Source: Octopus sinensis
Taxonomy: Eukaryota
Length of the DNA: 64,000 nt
NCBI RefSeq assembly: GCF_006345805.1
Contig: NC_043011.1
Location: forward strand, 8,060,001-8,124,000
Direction: 5' to 3'
Position numbers and translations under genes: made by a program. Under the pieces are notes generated by a model, which saw only the letters and a program-made list of their open reading frames with translations, was not told the DNA's origin and did not search any database. This document shows positions 62,935 through 64,000 of the stretch, in pieces; within the stretch, counting starts at the first letter, position 1; each line of letters begins with the position of its first letter.

Positions 62935-62972
62935 TCTTCTACGTTTCGAGCTTACGCTCTTCAACAGAGAGA
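62935..62972 (-). ncRNA. Degenerate minimal hammerhead motif (A6U)
   Basis: TCTCT-CTGTTGA-A-GAGC GTAA GCTC-GAAAC-GTA-GAAGA. Confidence 0.6.
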
Positions 62973-63104
62973 AAGACGAGGAAGGAAACAGAGAGAGAAT
63001 AAAAAACTATTGGAGCTAGCGGTCAATCATGGCGGCTGGCTGGACAAAGATAGTTAGACAGGAGAGCTAGTTTGAAAAGGGGATATATATATATATATAT
63101 ATAC

Positions 63105-63528
63105 TCTTTTACTCTTTACTCTTTTACTTGTTTCAGTCATTTGACTGCGGTCATGCTGGAGCACCGCCTTTAGTCGAGCAAATCGACCCCGTAACTTATT
63201 CTTTGTAAGCCCAGTACTTATTCTATCGGTCTCTTTTGCCGAACCGCTAAGTAACGGGGACGTAAACACACCAGCATCGGTTGTCAAGCAATGCTAGGGG
63301 GACAAACACACATACATACACACACATATATATATATATATATATACATATATACGACAGGCCTCTTTCAGTTTCCGTCTACCAAATCCACTCACAAGGC
63401 ATTGGTCGGCCGGGGCTATAGCAGAAGACACTTGCCCAAGATGCCACGCAGTACAACTGAACCCGAAACCATGTGGCTGGTTAGCAAGCTACTTACCACA
63501 CAGCCTATCCTATATATATATATATACA

Positions 63529-63568
<40 letters not shown>

Positions 63569-63872
63569 TATATATATATTATATATATATATTATATATA
63601 TATATATATATCTTTTATTATGTTACTTGTATCAGTCATTTGACTGCGGCCATGCTGGTGGACCGTCTTCATTCGAACATATCGAACCCAGGACTAACCT
63701 TTGTAAGCCTAGTGCTTATTCTATCGGTCTCTTTTGCCGAACCGCTGGATTACAGGGACGTAAACACACCAGCATCGGTTGTCAAGCGATGTTGGATGAC
63801 AAACACAGACACAGACACACACACGTACTCACACACACGTACACATACACGTACACACACACGTACACACAT

Positions 63873-63909
<37 letters not shown>

Positions 63910-64000
63910 CATATATATAAGACGGGTTTCTTTCAGTTTCCGTCTACCAAATCCACTCACAAGGCTTTGGTCGGCCTGAGGCTATAGTAGAAGACACTTG
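63105..64000 (-). mobile_element. Two consecutive SINE family 1 copies (63105-63510; 63630 to window end)
   Basis: Same consensus blocks. Further partial copies lie at about 4303, 6330, 35670, 57950 and 59310. Confidence 0.8.

Overview
AT-rich, microsatellite-dense eukaryotic DNA, most likely from an octopus (my inference from the SINE families; not checked by a search). One protein-coding gene is supported: SIL1, the ER nucleotide-exchange factor for BiP, on the minus strand. I assembled nine coding exons by hand (15997 down to base 1) with consistent GT-AG boundaries and phases; the last exon runs off the window start. The rest is mobile DNA and simple repeats: at least four tRNA-like SINE families, Tx1/L1, CR1, RTE and R4/Dong-like LINE relics, Tc1 and mariner relics, hAT and other MITEs, a non-autonomous Helitron and a Penelope-type GIY-YIG fragment. 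The most notable hidden structure is 14 type I hammerhead ribozyme (HHR) motifs from about six or seven unrelated short repeat families. Most have a palindromic stem III, which implies dimeric folding. Three families have long stem II insertions, three have a CCGA (U4C) core variant, several sit in head-to-head inverted pairs, and one family is fused behind a tRNA-like SINE head. A second notable signal is a Tx1 family whose three 5'-truncated copies are each flanked on both sides by (ATCT)n, suggesting (GATA)n target specificity. All RNA folds were derived by eye and no database search was run. Irregular (TA)n tracts suggest long-read indel errors, so individual frameshifts are uncertain.
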